From an uncultured Gemmatimonadales bacterium (lineage in GTDB: Bacteria > Gemmatimonadota > Gemmatimonadetes > Gemmatimonadales > GWC2-71-9), in NCBI GenBank assembly GCA_963817575.1, contig CAWFOY010000006.1, forward strand, positions 46,544 through 110,543: a DNA stretch of 64,000 bases, read 5' to 3'. Shown in pieces: positions 1-10,673 of this stretch. Within the stretch, counting starts at the first letter, position 1, and every line of letters starts with the position of its first letter. The notes beneath the pieces are model-generated. The model did no database searches. It was not told where the DNA came from and saw only the letters and a list, made by a program, of their open reading frames with translations. The translations under genes and the position numbers were made by a program.

Positions 1-176
1 TGCGGGTCCACTCCCTGCGCCACACCTTCGCTACGCACCTGCTCGACGCCGGCGCGGACCTCCGGGCGGTGCAGGAGATGCTGGGCCACGCCTCGCTCAG
101 CACGACGCAGATCTACACGCATACGAGCGTCGAGCGGCTCAAGAAAGTGTACCAGCAGGCGCATCCGAGGGCGTAA
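1..176 (+). CDS. xerC: tyrosine site-specific recombinase, XerC/XerD family, 3' end only (gene starts upstream of window)
   Basis: Frame 3 reads [57 protein letters not shown], then TAA at 174-176. This is the conserved C-terminal catalytic box (R..H..R...LGH...Y) of integrase-type recombinases. The xerC-hslV-hslU (codV-clpQ-clpY-like) gene order supports XerC. Confidence 0.8.
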   Translation, partial: RVHSLRHTFATHLLDAGADLRAVQEMLGHASLSTTQIYTHTSVERLKKVYQQAHPRA

Positions 177-186
177 GCAGTTGGTT

Positions 187-210
187 GGGCAGATGGGCAG
201 ATGGGCAGTC
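187..210 (+). repeat. tandem octamer repeat gggcagat gggcagat gggcagtc in the xerC-hslV spacer
   Basis: Read directly at 187-210. The same octamer recurs as a 4-unit array at 38919-38946. Confidence 0.8.
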
Positions 211-243
211 AGTAGGTCGGCGGATCAGGGTCAAGGAGTCTGA

Positions 244-789
244 ATGCAGATACGGTTCCATGGCACCACCATCCTCACCGTGCGGAAGAACGGTCGCGTC
301 GCCCTGGGCGGCGACGGCCAGGTGAGCTTCGGCGATACGGTGATGAAGGGCCAGGCCACCAAGGTGCGCACGCTGAAGGGCGGGAAGGTCCTCGCGGGCT
401 TCGCCGGGTCGGTGGCCGACGCGCTGACCCTCTACGAGAAGTTCGAGGAAAAGCTCGACCGCTATCCCGGCAACCTCGCGCGCGCCTCGGTGGAGCTGGC
501 CAAGGACTGGCGGAGCGACCGGATCCTGCGGCGCCTGGAGGCATTGTTGGTGGTGGCGGACCAGGAGCACAGCTTCCTGCTGAGCGGCTCCGGCGAGCTG
601 ATCGAGCCCGACGACGGGGTGCTCGCCGTGGGCTCGGGCGGCAACTACGCGCTTGCCGCCGCGCGGGCGCTCATGGCGGATCAGACGATCGGCGCGCGAG
701 ATGTGGTCCAGCGGGCGCTCGAGATCGCGGCGGACATCTGCGTGTACACCAACCGCCACATCACGATCCTCGAGCTGGGTGACAAGTGA
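244..789 (+). CDS. hslV: ATP-dependent protease subunit HslV (proteasome-like peptidase)
   Basis: 181 aa. The N-terminus ...[36 protein letters not shown] is typical of HslV (Thr active site after processing). It overlaps hslU by GTGA. Confidence 0.95.
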   Translation: MQIRFHGTTILTVRKNGRVALGGDGQVSFGDTVMKGQATKVRTLKGGKVLAGFAGSVADALTLYEKFEEKLDRYPGNLARASVELAKDWRSDRILRRLEALLVVADQEHSFLLSGSGELIEPDDGVLAVGSGGNYALAAARALMADQTIGARDVVQRALEIAADICVYTNRHITILELGDK

Positions 790-2249
790 CCGAACCCGCG
801 ACCACCGCCCCGGCTCCGCACTCCGCCCAGCCCGTTGAGGCACCCTGGCTGGAAGAGATGCCGCCGCGGAAGATCGTGGCGGAGCTCGACCGCTACATCG
901 TGGGGCAGGATGCCGCGAAGAAGGCGGTGGCGATCGCCATTCGGAATCGGTGGCGGCGGTCCCAGGCGCCGGATGACATCCGGGACGAGATCACGCCCTA
1001 CAACATCATCATGATCGGACCGACCGGCGTCGGAAAGACGGAAGTCGCGCGGCGGCTCGCGCGGCTGGCCGGCGCCCCGTTTGTGAAGGTCGAGGCGTCG
1101 AAGTTCACCGAGGTCGGCTACGTGGGGCGGGATGCGGAGTCGATGGTGCGGGAGCTGGTGGACACCGCGATCAGCATGGTGCGGACCGAGCGCGAGGACG
1201 ACGTCTGGCCGCAGGCGGAGCAGAAGGCGGACGACAGGCTGCTCGACATCCTCCTCCCGCCGGCTCCACCGAAACTCGAGCGCGCGGAGAAGGCGGAGAC
1301 GGTGTTTGTCGTGGGGCCGGGGGGCAGTGCCTCCGCCGAGAAGAGCGACGCGGACGCGAGCCGGCAGCGGTCGCGGGAGAAGCTGCGCCAGATGCTGCTG
1401 GACGGGAAGCTCGACGACCGGGACGTGGACATCGAGGTGACGCCGCAGAGCTACCCCATGCTGGACCTGCTGCAGCCGCCGCCGGGGATGGAGGGGCAGG
1501 ACATCAACTTCGGCGAGATGCTGCAGGAGATGTTGCCCAAGCGGAAGAAGCGGCGCACGGTGCGGGTGCCGGAGGCGCGGCGCATCCTGGTGGACGAGGA
1601 GCTGAAGAAGCTGGTGGACATGGATGACGTCGTGAACGAGGCGCTCGACCGGGTCGAGAATCACGGGATCCTGTTCATCGACGAAATCGACAAGATCGCG
1701 GGGGAGCGCTCGCAGGCGGGCGGGCCCGACGTGAGTCGCGAGGGGGTGCAGCGGGACCTGCTGCCGATCGTCGAGGGCTCCACCGTGCAGACCCGTTACG
1801 GGTACGTGCGCACCGATCACATCCTGTTCATTGCGGCCGGCGCGTTTCACGCCTCGAAGCCGTCGGACCTCATTCCCGAACTGCAGGGCCGCTTCCCGAT
1901 CCGGGTGGAGCTGACGTCGCTCAGCGAGGCGGACTTTATCCGGATCATGACCGAGCCGGAGAGCGCGCTGGTCAAGCAGTACCAGGCGCTGGTGGCGGCG
2001 GAGGGGGCGACGCTCGAGTTCAAGGCCGACGGGGTCGCCGAGGTGGCGCGGATCGCGGCGCTGGCCAACGAGCGGATGGAGAACATCGGCGCCCGCCGGC
2101 TCCACACCGTGATGGCGGCCCTGATGGAGGACTCGCTGTTCGAGCTCCCCGAGTCGGCCGAGAAGAAGCTCGTGTTCGACGGCGCGCGGGTGCGGGACCG
2201 GCTGGCCGCCATCGTGGCCGACGACGACCTGAGGAGGTACATCCTGTAG
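786..2249 (+). CDS. hslU: ATP-dependent protease ATPase subunit HslU
   Basis: 487 aa. It has [32 protein letters not shown], Walker [16 protein letters not shown], Walker [11 protein letters not shown], and the C-terminus [11 protein letters not shown] start at 786. Confidence 0.95.
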   Translation: MTEPATTAPAPHSAQPVEAPWLEEMPPRKIVAELDRYIVGQDAAKKAVAIAIRNRWRRSQAPDDIRDEITPYNIIMIGPTGVGKTEVARRLARLAGAPFVKVEASKFTEVGYVGRDAESMVRELVDTAISMVRTEREDDVWPQAEQKADDRLLDILLPPAPPKLERAEKAETVFVVGPGGSASAEKSDADASRQRSREKLRQMLLDGKLDDRDVDIEVTPQSYPMLDLLQPPPGMEGQDINFGEMLQEMLPKRKKRRTVRVPEARRILVDEELKKLVDMDDVVNEALDRVENHGILFIDEIDKIAGERSQAGGPDVSREGVQRDLLPIVEGSTVQTRYGYVRTDHILFIAAGAFHASKPSDLIPELQGRFPIRVELTSLSEADFIRIMTEPESALVKQYQALVAAEGATLEFKADGVAEVARIAALANERMENIGARRLHTVMAALMEDSLFELPESAEKKLVFDGARVRDRLAAIVADDDLRRYIL

Positions 2250-2404
2250 GGCGGGAAGGGCGAAAGGGGTCTGGGCGAACGAACCGGTGATCTGGCTCAC
2301 ACCACGTCGCGGCTCCACGTGGTACATCTGACCGATCCCTCTCCCCCTTCCCGCGGCACGACCTGGTCTGGGCCCGTACCGCGGCCCCTTCCAGGAGGTG
2401 TCCG

Positions 2405-3595
2405 GTGTTATCGCGCTTCTCCTTCCTGCGCGCAGTCCCTCTCGCGCTCCCGATCTTGTTCACCCTCGCCTGCGGCGACGACGATAGCAGCCCGTCCACC
2501 CCGACCTTCCTCGTCCAGGGCGCCGACATGGGCGCCCAGGTCCAGAACGTCATCGTCTCGAACGACGGCAACCCGGTTTCCGGTGCGACGGTCACCGTCA
2601 ACGGCGAGGCTGCCACGCCCGGCGCCGCGGGCGAGTATTCGGTGACCCTGGCGGCGCCGGTCGCGGCCGGCGGCGCCCTCAACCTCGAGGTCGGGGCGAG
2701 CGGCGAAACCATCACCGCCACCGGCAACGTCCCCGAGGCCCCTGCCGTCACGGCGCCGGCCGACGCCGCCGAAATCGTCAGCACCAACGCGATCGACGTG
2801 ACTTGGACCAGCGCCACCGACCCCGACCGGTTTGCGGTGCTCGCCGTGGGCGCCACCACCGAAACCTTCGCCGCTGCGGGCGCGGACCGCGCCTTCTCCA
2901 TTCCCGCAGGCACGCTCGCGGCGGGGGATTGGGAGATCCGGGTCTACGCCTACAACGACGGAGACTTCACCGGCCCAATCGAGTCCGAATCCGCGATGAA
3001 CATCCGCGGCGAGGCGGCCACGTATCCGACCGTCACGATCGTGGCCGCCGTACTCGTTACGGGCACGGACATGGGCAACCAGTTCCAGCATGTCCACGTT
3101 TCGCAGGGAGGGGCCTCCGTCGATGGCGCAACCGTCACGGTGAACGGCGAGGCCGCACTCCAGTCCGGGGCTGGCACCAACTACGACGTCACGCTGGCGG
3201 CGCCGGTGGCGCCGGGCGGCATCCTGGACCTTGATATTTCGTTCGGCACCGTGGTCATCCAGGGCACCGGTGAGGTGCCGGAGCCTCCGGTCATCACTGC
3301 CCCGCTCGATGGGGCGAATATCCCCGTGGCCAACGTCATCGACGTCACGTGGACCAGCGCCACCGATCCCGACCGCTTCTTTATCAACGCGACCAACTCG
3401 ACCCTGGCCGTCGACTTGCCGGGCACCGCACGGGCCTACACGATTCCCGCCGGGACCCTTCCCGTCGGAGGCCCGTATCAGCTCCGCGTGTACGCGTACA
3501 ACGACGGCACCTTCACGGGCCCCGTCGATGTGACATCGAAGATGAGCATCCGGGGGGAGGGGCCACCCCAACCGATGGTGACGGTCATTCCCTGA
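2405..3595 (+). CDS. secreted lipoprotein of unknown function made of two tandem copies of a module about 183 aa long
   Basis: GTG start preceded by aggagg. Signal peptide with lipobox FTLAC-G. Residues about 38-215 and 220-396 are clearly homologous (VTVNGEAA..., IDVTWTSATDPDRF, IPAGTL, RVYAYNDG.FTGP, M.IRGE). Confidence 0.8.
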   Translation: MLSRFSFLRAVPLALPILFTLACGDDDSSPSTPTFLVQGADMGAQVQNVIVSNDGNPVSGATVTVNGEAATPGAAGEYSVTLAAPVAAGGALNLEVGASGETITATGNVPEAPAVTAPADAAEIVSTNAIDVTWTSATDPDRFAVLAVGATTETFAAAGADRAFSIPAGTLAAGDWEIRVYAYNDGDFTGPIESESAMNIRGEAATYPTVTIVAAVLVTGTDMGNQFQHVHVSQGGASVDGATVTVNGEAALQSGAGTNYDVTLAAPVAPGGILDLDISFGTVVIQGTGEVPEPPVITAPLDGANIPVANVIDVTWTSATDPDRFFINATNSTLAVDLPGTARAYTIPAGTLPVGGPYQLRVYAYNDGTFTGPVDVTSKMSIRGEGPPQPMVTVIP

Positions 3596-3617
3596 TCCCG
3601 GCCGGTACGCGTACGCA

Positions 3618-3650
3618 GAAGGCCGCCCGCCAGGGCGGCCTTCTTTTCTT
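3618..3650 (+). terminator. rho-independent terminator after the duplicated lipoprotein gene
   Basis: Perfect 11-bp stem gaaggccgccc / gggcggccttc with loop gcca, followed by ttttcttcc. Confidence 0.8.
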
Positions 3651-3701
3651 CCCCGACTCCTTGCCGCACCCTCCCTCCGGCGCTAGACTCCCCCTGCCAA
3701 A

Positions 3702-4640
3702 ATGGCTGTCCGGCCCCGCACCCTCACGGGACACATGCCCAAGCGCGACTTCCTCGCCATCTCCGATTTCTCCCGGGACGAGCTCGGTCGGCTCTTCGAC
3801 CTCGCGGCCCGGATGAAGGCCGGCGCCTACCGCGAGCGTCCGCTGGCGGACAAGACGATCGCGTTGATCTTCGCGAAGAGCTCGACCCGCACCCGGGTGT
3901 CCTTCGAAGTCGGGACCATCGAGCTCGGCGGCCATCCGCTCTTCCTTTCGTCTCGCGACATCCAGCTGGGCCGCGGCGAGCCGATCCGCGACACGGCCCG
4001 CGTGCTCTCGCGCTACGTGGACGGGATCATGATCCGCACCTTCGCGCACGCGGACGTCGAGGAGCTGGCCGAGTTCTCGACCGTGCCCGTGATCAACGGC
4101 CTCACCGACCTGATGCATCCCTGCCAGGTCCTGGCCGACCTCCTCACGATGCGCGAGTCGGCCGGTGGCTGGGAGGGGAAGTCGGTGGCGTGGGTGGGCG
4201 ACGGCAACAACATGGCGAACAGCTGGCTCGACGCCGCGGGGGTGCTCGGCTTCGAGCTCCGGCTCGCCTGTCCTGAGGGTTACGAGCCCGATCGCGAGAT
4301 CTTCAACCGGAACAAGGGCCTGACGAAGGTGCTGATCACCGAGGATCCCGAGGAGGCGGTGGACGGCGCGCACGTCGTCACCACGGACGTGTGGGCCTCG
4401 ATGGGCCAGGAGGCGGAGGCCGAGGGACGGCGGCAGGCCTTCCTCGGCTACCAGGTGGATGCGACGCTCCTCGGCCGGGCGGACCCGAAGGCGATCTTCC
4501 TCCACTGCCTCCCGGCACACCGCGGCGAGGAAGTGACGGAGGACGTGCTGGAAGGGCCGCAGTCCCGCGTGTGGGACGAGGCCGAGAACCGGCTGCACGT
4601 GCAGAAGGCGCTACTGGCGATGCTCCTGAATGAGAAATGA
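3702..4640 (+). CDS. argF: ornithine carbamoyltransferase
   Basis: Motifs STRTRVSFE, HPCQVLADL and HCLPAHRGEEV are present. The more likely start is the ATG at 3735 (MPKRDFLAISDF...). Confidence 0.9.
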   Translation: MAVRPRTLTGHMPKRDFLAISDFSRDELGRLFDLAARMKAGAYRERPLADKTIALIFAKSSTRTRVSFEVGTIELGGHPLFLSSRDIQLGRGEPIRDTARVLSRYVDGIMIRTFAHADVEELAEFSTVPVINGLTDLMHPCQVLADLLTMRESAGGWEGKSVAWVGDGNNMANSWLDAAGVLGFELRLACPEGYEPDREIFNRNKGLTKVLITEDPEEAVDGAHVVTTDVWASMGQEAEAEGRRQAFLGYQVDATLLGRADPKAIFLHCLPAHRGEEVTEDVLEGPQSRVWDEAENRLHVQKALLAMLLNEK

Positions 4641-4655
4641 GAAAAGAGAATCAAG

Positions 4656-5771
4656 ATGACAGCTCCCACGGCACTGAAGCGCACTCCACTCTATGACATT
4701 CACGTCGCCCTCGGCGGCAAGATGGTGCCATTCGCAGGCTGGGAGATGCCGGTGCAGTATCCCGCGGGCATCATCGCCGAGCACAAGGCGGTGCGGAGCG
4801 GCGCAGGCCTGTTCGACGTCTCCCACATGGGCGAGTTCGAGGTCACGGGCCCCGACCGGAACGCCTTCGTGAACCGGGTGACGTGCAACGACGTCGGCGC
4901 GCTCCAGGCGGGGGAGGTCCAGTATTCGGCCCTCCTCACCCGCGAGGGCACCTTCGTGGACGACTGCACGGTGTACCGCTTCGACGACAAGATCATGATC
5001 GTCGTGAACGCGGCCAACATCGACAAGGACTGGACCCACATCGTGGACCAGAAGGGCGGCGCCAACATCCGGCTCAAGAACATCTCGGACGCGGTCGGGC
5101 TGCTCGCGCTGCAGGGCCCGAAGGCCGAGGAGGTGCTGCAGCCGGTCTGCGACCTCACCCTGTCGGAGATCGGGTACTACAAGTTCGCGACCGGCCAGGT
5201 GGCGGGCGCCGATTGCTTCGTGTCGCGCACCGGGTACACCGGCGAGGACGGCTTCGAGATCTACTGCCGCTGGCGTGACACCGAGGCGCTCTGGCGGGCG
5301 CTCGAGGGCCCCGGCCGCGCCCAACCGATCGGCCTCGGCGCGCGCGATTCGCTCCGGCTCGAGGTGGCCTATCCGCTCTACGGGAATGACATCGACGACA
5401 CGATCACGCCGCTCGAGGCCGGGCTGGGCTGGATCGTCAAGCTCGACAAGGGCGCGCCCTTCATGGGGATCGACGCGCTCCGCTCCCAGAAGGCGCGCGG
5501 CGTCACCCGCCGCTTCGTGGGCTTCAGGCTGCTCGACCGCGCCATTCCGCGGCACGGATACCCAGTGTACCACGACGGCCGCCAGGTGGACCTCGTGCGG
5601 AGCGGCACGATGAGCCCCTCGCTCGGGATCCCCATCGGCACCACCTACCTGCCGGCGGCGGTAGCAAAGCCCGGCACGCGGTTCGAGGTCGACTGCCGGG
5701 GAACGCGCGTCGCGGCGGAAGTCGTGAGCCGGCCCTTCTACACCCAGGGCACAGCCAGGAAAGGGAAGTAG
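4656..5771 (+). CDS. gcvT: glycine cleavage system aminomethyltransferase T protein
   Basis: 371 aa. The sequence LKRTPLYDIHVALGGKMVPFAGWEMPVQYPAGIIAEHKAVRSGAGLFDVSHMG is typical of GcvT. Confidence 0.9.
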   Translation: MTAPTALKRTPLYDIHVALGGKMVPFAGWEMPVQYPAGIIAEHKAVRSGAGLFDVSHMGEFEVTGPDRNAFVNRVTCNDVGALQAGEVQYSALLTREGTFVDDCTVYRFDDKIMIVVNAANIDKDWTHIVDQKGGANIRLKNISDAVGLLALQGPKAEEVLQPVCDLTLSEIGYYKFATGQVAGADCFVSRTGYTGEDGFEIYCRWRDTEALWRALEGPGRAQPIGLGARDSLRLEVAYPLYGNDIDDTITPLEAGLGWIVKLDKGAPFMGIDALRSQKARGVTRRFVGFRLLDRAIPRHGYPVYHDGRQVDLVRSGTMSPSLGIPIGTTYLPAAVAKPGTRFEVDCRGTRVAAEVVSRPFYTQGTARKGK

Positions 5772-5786
5772 GGGCGCTCCCGCCGC

Positions 5787-6275
5787 ATGCGCGTCGCCAT
5801 CCTGACCATCTCCGATGCCGGCAGCCGCGGTGAGCGCGCCGACCTCTCGGGCGACGCGATCGCTGAGTGGGCGAACGCGCGCGGCCACGCGGTGGCGGAG
5901 CGCGCCCTCGTGCCGGACGAGACGCCGGCCATCGTGGGCACCCTCACGGCGTGGGCCGACGGCGACCGCGCCGACCTCATCCTCACGACCGGCGGTACCG
6001 GCCTCACGGCGCGCGACGTCACCCCCGAGGCGACCCGGGTGGTGCTCGACAAGGAGGCCGTTGGCATCGCCGAGGCGATTCGTGTCGCTTCGCTGCCGAC
6101 CTTCCCGAGGGCGGCGCTCTCCCGCGGCCTCGCCGGAGTTCGCGGGCGGAGCCTCATCGTGAACCTTCCCGGCAGCCCGGGCGGCGTGCGGGACGGACTC
6201 GCCGTGCTCGACGGGATCGCCGCGCACGCGGTCGAACTGGTCCGCGGCACCAACACCGCACACGCCGGTGGGTGA
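5787..6275 (+). CDS. mog: molybdenum cofactor biosynthesis protein, MogA/MoaB family (molybdopterin adenylyltransferase)
   Basis: 162 aa. It has LTISD..., LILTTGGTGLTARDVTPEAT and NLPGSPGGV, the MoCF_biosynth fold. Confidence 0.8.
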   Translation: MRVAILTISDAGSRGERADLSGDAIAEWANARGHAVAERALVPDETPAIVGTLTAWADGDRADLILTTGGTGLTARDVTPEATRVVLDKEAVGIAEAIRVASLPTFPRAALSRGLAGVRGRSLIVNLPGSPGGVRDGLAVLDGIAAHAVELVRGTNTAHAGG

Positions 6276-6281
6276 CCGCTG

Positions 6282-7787
<1,506 letters not shown>

Positions 7788-7823
7788 GTGATTGATCCCC
7801 AGATGCTTGCATCAATTGACCTC

Positions 7824-7852
7824 TTGACAGTTCTCAGGTCCGTCCCGATATT
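7824..7852 (+). promoter_or_regulatory. candidate sigma70-type promoter for the Fe-S diguanylate cyclase gene
   Basis: TTGACA (7824-7829), a 17-nt spacer, then GATATT (7847-7852), 36 nt upstream of the GTG start at 7888. Confidence 0.4.
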
Positions 7853-7887
7853 GGGCGGACCGCGCAACATCGGATCGGGGCCCCTGC

Positions 7888-9582
7888 GTGATCTTCTCCG
7901 TCGACCCTGAGGCGTGTGTCGCGTGCCTGGCATGCGTACGCGTCTGTCCCACAGAAGCGGTCGCGGTTGACGGCGCCCTGGTCCAGATCGTCGACGAGGC
8001 GTGCATTGCCTGTGGGGAGTGCCTTCCGGCCTGCCCACACAACGCGATCCACGCGAGTGGCGAGATCGGCCGCGCCCTTACGATGGCGGCCCGCGGTGAC
8101 GGCGTCCTGATCCTTTCCCCCGAGGCGGCCGCCCACTTCTATCCGGCTACGCCCGAGCAGGTGGTGAACGCCTGCTACGCGGCGGGCTATCGCAGGGTCC
8201 ATCGCGGCGTCATCGGCGACGAGCTGGTGGCCGCCGAATATCTGGAGCTGTGGCACGACGAGGGCTGGGGCACGCTGATCCGCTCCACCGATCCCGTCGT
8301 GGTCGAGACGATCCGCACCGAATTCCCGGAGCTGGTGCCGTACCTGGCAGCAGTGGCGACGCCGGCGGTGGCGGAGGCGCGGTACCTGCGCGCCGAGGCG
8401 GGGCCCGACCTCAAGGTGGTGTACGCGGGGGTCGCGGCGCCGCGGGGCTCTCCGGAGCTCGATGCCACGATCACGTTCGAGGATCTCGAGCGGATCTTCC
8501 ACCTGCGCGGGGTGAAGGTCCTGGAGCAGCCGGACTTCTTCGGGCGGATTCCCGAAGAGCGGCGGCGGCACCTGAGCGCGGCGGGCGGGTTGCCGCTCGC
8601 GATGCTCGAGGACGTCCGGATGACCGGCCGCCGGTTCCTGGTTCTCCGCGGGCTCCGTCACCTGCCGGCGCTGGCGCGCGCGGTGGCGGTGGACCGGCTC
8701 GACCTGGGCTTCGTGGACCTGCTCTCGTACGAGCGGAGTCTCGACCATCCGCTGCTCGGCCCGCGGGACCAGCTCTACTGGCGCCGGGCGCTGGTGGCGA
8801 GCGCGGAGCCACCGCGGAGCCTGCAGCCGATCGTGGACCAGGGAGTGGCGTTCAGCGTCGGCGCAGTGTTCGACATCCAGCCGCGGCGGGTCAAGGCGGA
8901 TGCGGCGGCCGTGGCGAGCATTCTCGACGCGATCGGTCCCGGCCCCAACGGGCGGCCGTGGGACTGCGGCGCGTGCGGGTTCGCGACCTGTCACCAGTTC
9001 GCGCAGGCGGCCGCAGTGGGCCGCTCGACCCTCCGGCAGTGTCCGCCCTACCAGGAGCGGCGGGCGGAGGAGGCGTCGAAGGAGGCGGCAGTGGACGAGC
9101 TCACGGGGCTCGCCACGTTCCGCGTGCTGCGGGACCGGCTGACCAACGAAATCGAGCGCAGCAAGCGGAGCGGCGAGGGGTTCGCAGTGCTGTTCATCGA
9201 CCTCGACCGCTTCAAGGCGCTGAACGACGAATACGGCCACGAGGCGGGCAACATCGTGCTCCGCGCGGCGGCCGCCGAGATTCACGATGCGGTCCGCGCG
9301 TCGGACCTGGCGGCGCGGTACGGCGGCGACGAGTTCGTGGTGATCCTCACGCGGACGGACATCCACGGCGCGCGGCGGGTGGCCGAGGCGCTTCGCGCGG
9401 GGATCGAAGGCGTGGGGCGGCGGCTGGGGTATCCGGTCGGGGTGGTGACGGCGAGCGTGGGGCTCGCGGAATTCGACCCGGCGGTGCCGACCGAGGGCGA
9501 CCTCCTGGTGACCGCGGACCGGGCGCTCTACCAGGCCAAGAATGCGGGCCGGAACATCGTGGCAAACGAAGGGGTCGCCTGA
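7888..9582 (+). CDS. diguanylate cyclase (GGDEF) with an N-terminal 2x[4Fe-4S] ferredoxin plus hydrogenase-large-subunit-like sensor and a 4-Cys Fe-S motif
   Basis: CVACLACVRVCP and CIACGECLPACP are ferredoxin motifs. The middle region is collinear with Fe-hydrogenase large subunit C-domains but lacks the H-cluster cysteines (IRSTDPVV where hydrogenases have FTSCCPGW). CGACGFATCHx16C follows. The C-terminus has RYGGDEF with an RASD I-site 5 residues upstream. Confidence 0.8.
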   Translation: MIFSVDPEACVACLACVRVCPTEAVAVDGALVQIVDEACIACGECLPACPHNAIHASGEIGRALTMAARGDGVLILSPEAAAHFYPATPEQVVNACYAAGYRRVHRGVIGDELVAAEYLELWHDEGWGTLIRSTDPVVVETIRTEFPELVPYLAAVATPAVAEARYLRAEAGPDLKVVYAGVAAPRGSPELDATITFEDLERIFHLRGVKVLEQPDFFGRIPEERRRHLSAAGGLPLAMLEDVRMTGRRFLVLRGLRHLPALARAVAVDRLDLGFVDLLSYERSLDHPLLGPRDQLYWRRALVASAEPPRSLQPIVDQGVAFSVGAVFDIQPRRVKADAAAVASILDAIGPGPNGRPWDCGACGFATCHQFAQAAAVGRSTLRQCPPYQERRAEEASKEAAVDELTGLATFRVLRDRLTNEIERSKRSGEGFAVLFIDLDRFKALNDEYGHEAGNIVLRAAAAEIHDAVRASDLAARYGGDEFVVILTRTDIHGARRVAEALRAGIEGVGRRLGYPVGVVTASVGLAEFDPAVPTEGDLLVTADRALYQAKNAGRNIVANEGVA

Positions 9583-9603
9583 CGGCGATCCGGGTGGGCT
9601 TCC

Positions 9604-10380
9604 TTGGGCTCAAGGGAACACGCAATGGCCTTTCATTCCGCGAAGTCGTCCGAGGGACACCAGCAGGGGCGCATGACGCCGCCAGGCGGGACGCTTGGCC
9701 CCGACATGCCTGATCCCTGGGGGGTGCGTCGCGCGGAGAACCTGCTCACGAGCCTGGAGGGGATCCTCTCGGCGCGGGTGGTCACCACGCCGCTGGGCGA
9801 GGTGAGCGAGGTCCACGTACTGGCCCAGTCGGGACTGGCGCCCAAGCAGCTGGTGCGGAACATCGAGTCCGCGCTGCTGGCGCAGCTCGGCCTCCGGATC
9901 GACCACCGGAAGATCAGCATCGCGCAGACGGCGGACGTGAAGCCGATCGAGGCGCTGGAGAAGGAGCAGGTCCGGGAGCAGGCGCTGCACCGGGCGGTCC
10001 TGTTCGAGGATCTCAAGGTTGCGCCCGGCCACCGGCAGCATAGGATATCCCTGAGCGTGAGCCTGAGCTTCGCGGGGATCACGGAATCGGCGGAGGAGGA
10101 GAGCAGCGACACGCCGCGCAGCCGGGTGGAAGCGGCGGCGCGCGCGACGGTCACGGTACTGGACCGGCTGCTCAAGGAGTCGAGCGTGGCGCTCGAGGGC
10201 GCCAAGATCGTGGACGCGTTCGACCGGCAGTTCGTGTTCGTGGCGGTGCAGGGGTTGGGGGGGCGCGAGGCGCTGATCCTGACGGGCACCGCGCAGATCA
10301 AGGAAAGCGCGGAGCGCGCGGCGGTGTTCGCCGTGCTCGACGCGACGAACCGATGGACGGAAGCGCGCCGGCCGCGCTAG
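9604..10380 (+). CDS. hypothetical protein (two repeated alpha/beta-like modules) located between the DGC and the HD-GYP gene
   Basis: Open frame with coding-like composition and no family recognised. TTG at 9604; ATG alternatives at 9625, 9673 and 9706. Confidence 0.55.
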   Translation: MGSREHAMAFHSAKSSEGHQQGRMTPPGGTLGPDMPDPWGVRRAENLLTSLEGILSARVVTTPLGEVSEVHVLAQSGLAPKQLVRNIESALLAQLGLRIDHRKISIAQTADVKPIEALEKEQVREQALHRAVLFEDLKVAPGHRQHRISLSVSLSFAGITESAEEESSDTPRSRVEAAARATVTVLDRLLKESSVALEGAKIVDAFDRQFVFVAVQGLGGREALILTGTAQIKESAERAAVFAVLDATNRWTEARRPR

Positions 10381-10673
10381 CGGACAGGGCCGGATGGTGG
10401 ATCCCACTTAGCGGAGGGAGAACGGCGGGGCAGGGGACCCGAGATCCAGGGTAAGAGCTGAGGCGAGCGGAAAAAAGAGAGCGGAGCGTCTGGGCGGCCG
10501 TAGCGAGGCCAACCATCCCCCTGATAAACACCGGAGGGAGGTGACGCTCATGCTGCAGATTACGTGGCTTGCCGCCGCAGTCCGGTTCGTAGCCAATCTG
10601 TTCCTGGCTGAAGGTCAGAACTGGGGTTAATGCCTAGGATCCTCGGGACCCTCGCCTTTGCTGGTCCACTCTA

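Noticed and set aside
681-2327. Very long antisense or alternate-frame ORFs throughout the track (for example 681-2327 -, 4611-7241 -, 7834-9366 -, 24964-27567 -, 29481-31205 -, 36913-38979 +, 45652-47121 -, 48878-50299 -).
   Set aside because: They lie opposite or out of frame to genes with unmistakable family motifs (hslU, gcvT/NtrC-like, M1 peptidase, LeuA-like, cstA and others). Their translations are Arg/Pro/Gly/Ala-rich low-complexity sequence. They are explained by stop-codon scarcity in roughly 70% GC DNA.
10381-10673. A c-di-GMP riboswitch or other structured RNA in the 294-nt spacer before the HD-GYP gene.
   Set aside because: I could not recognise GEMM-type conserved elements or a convincing fold by eye. 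An Infernal/Rfam scan is needed, so no call is made.
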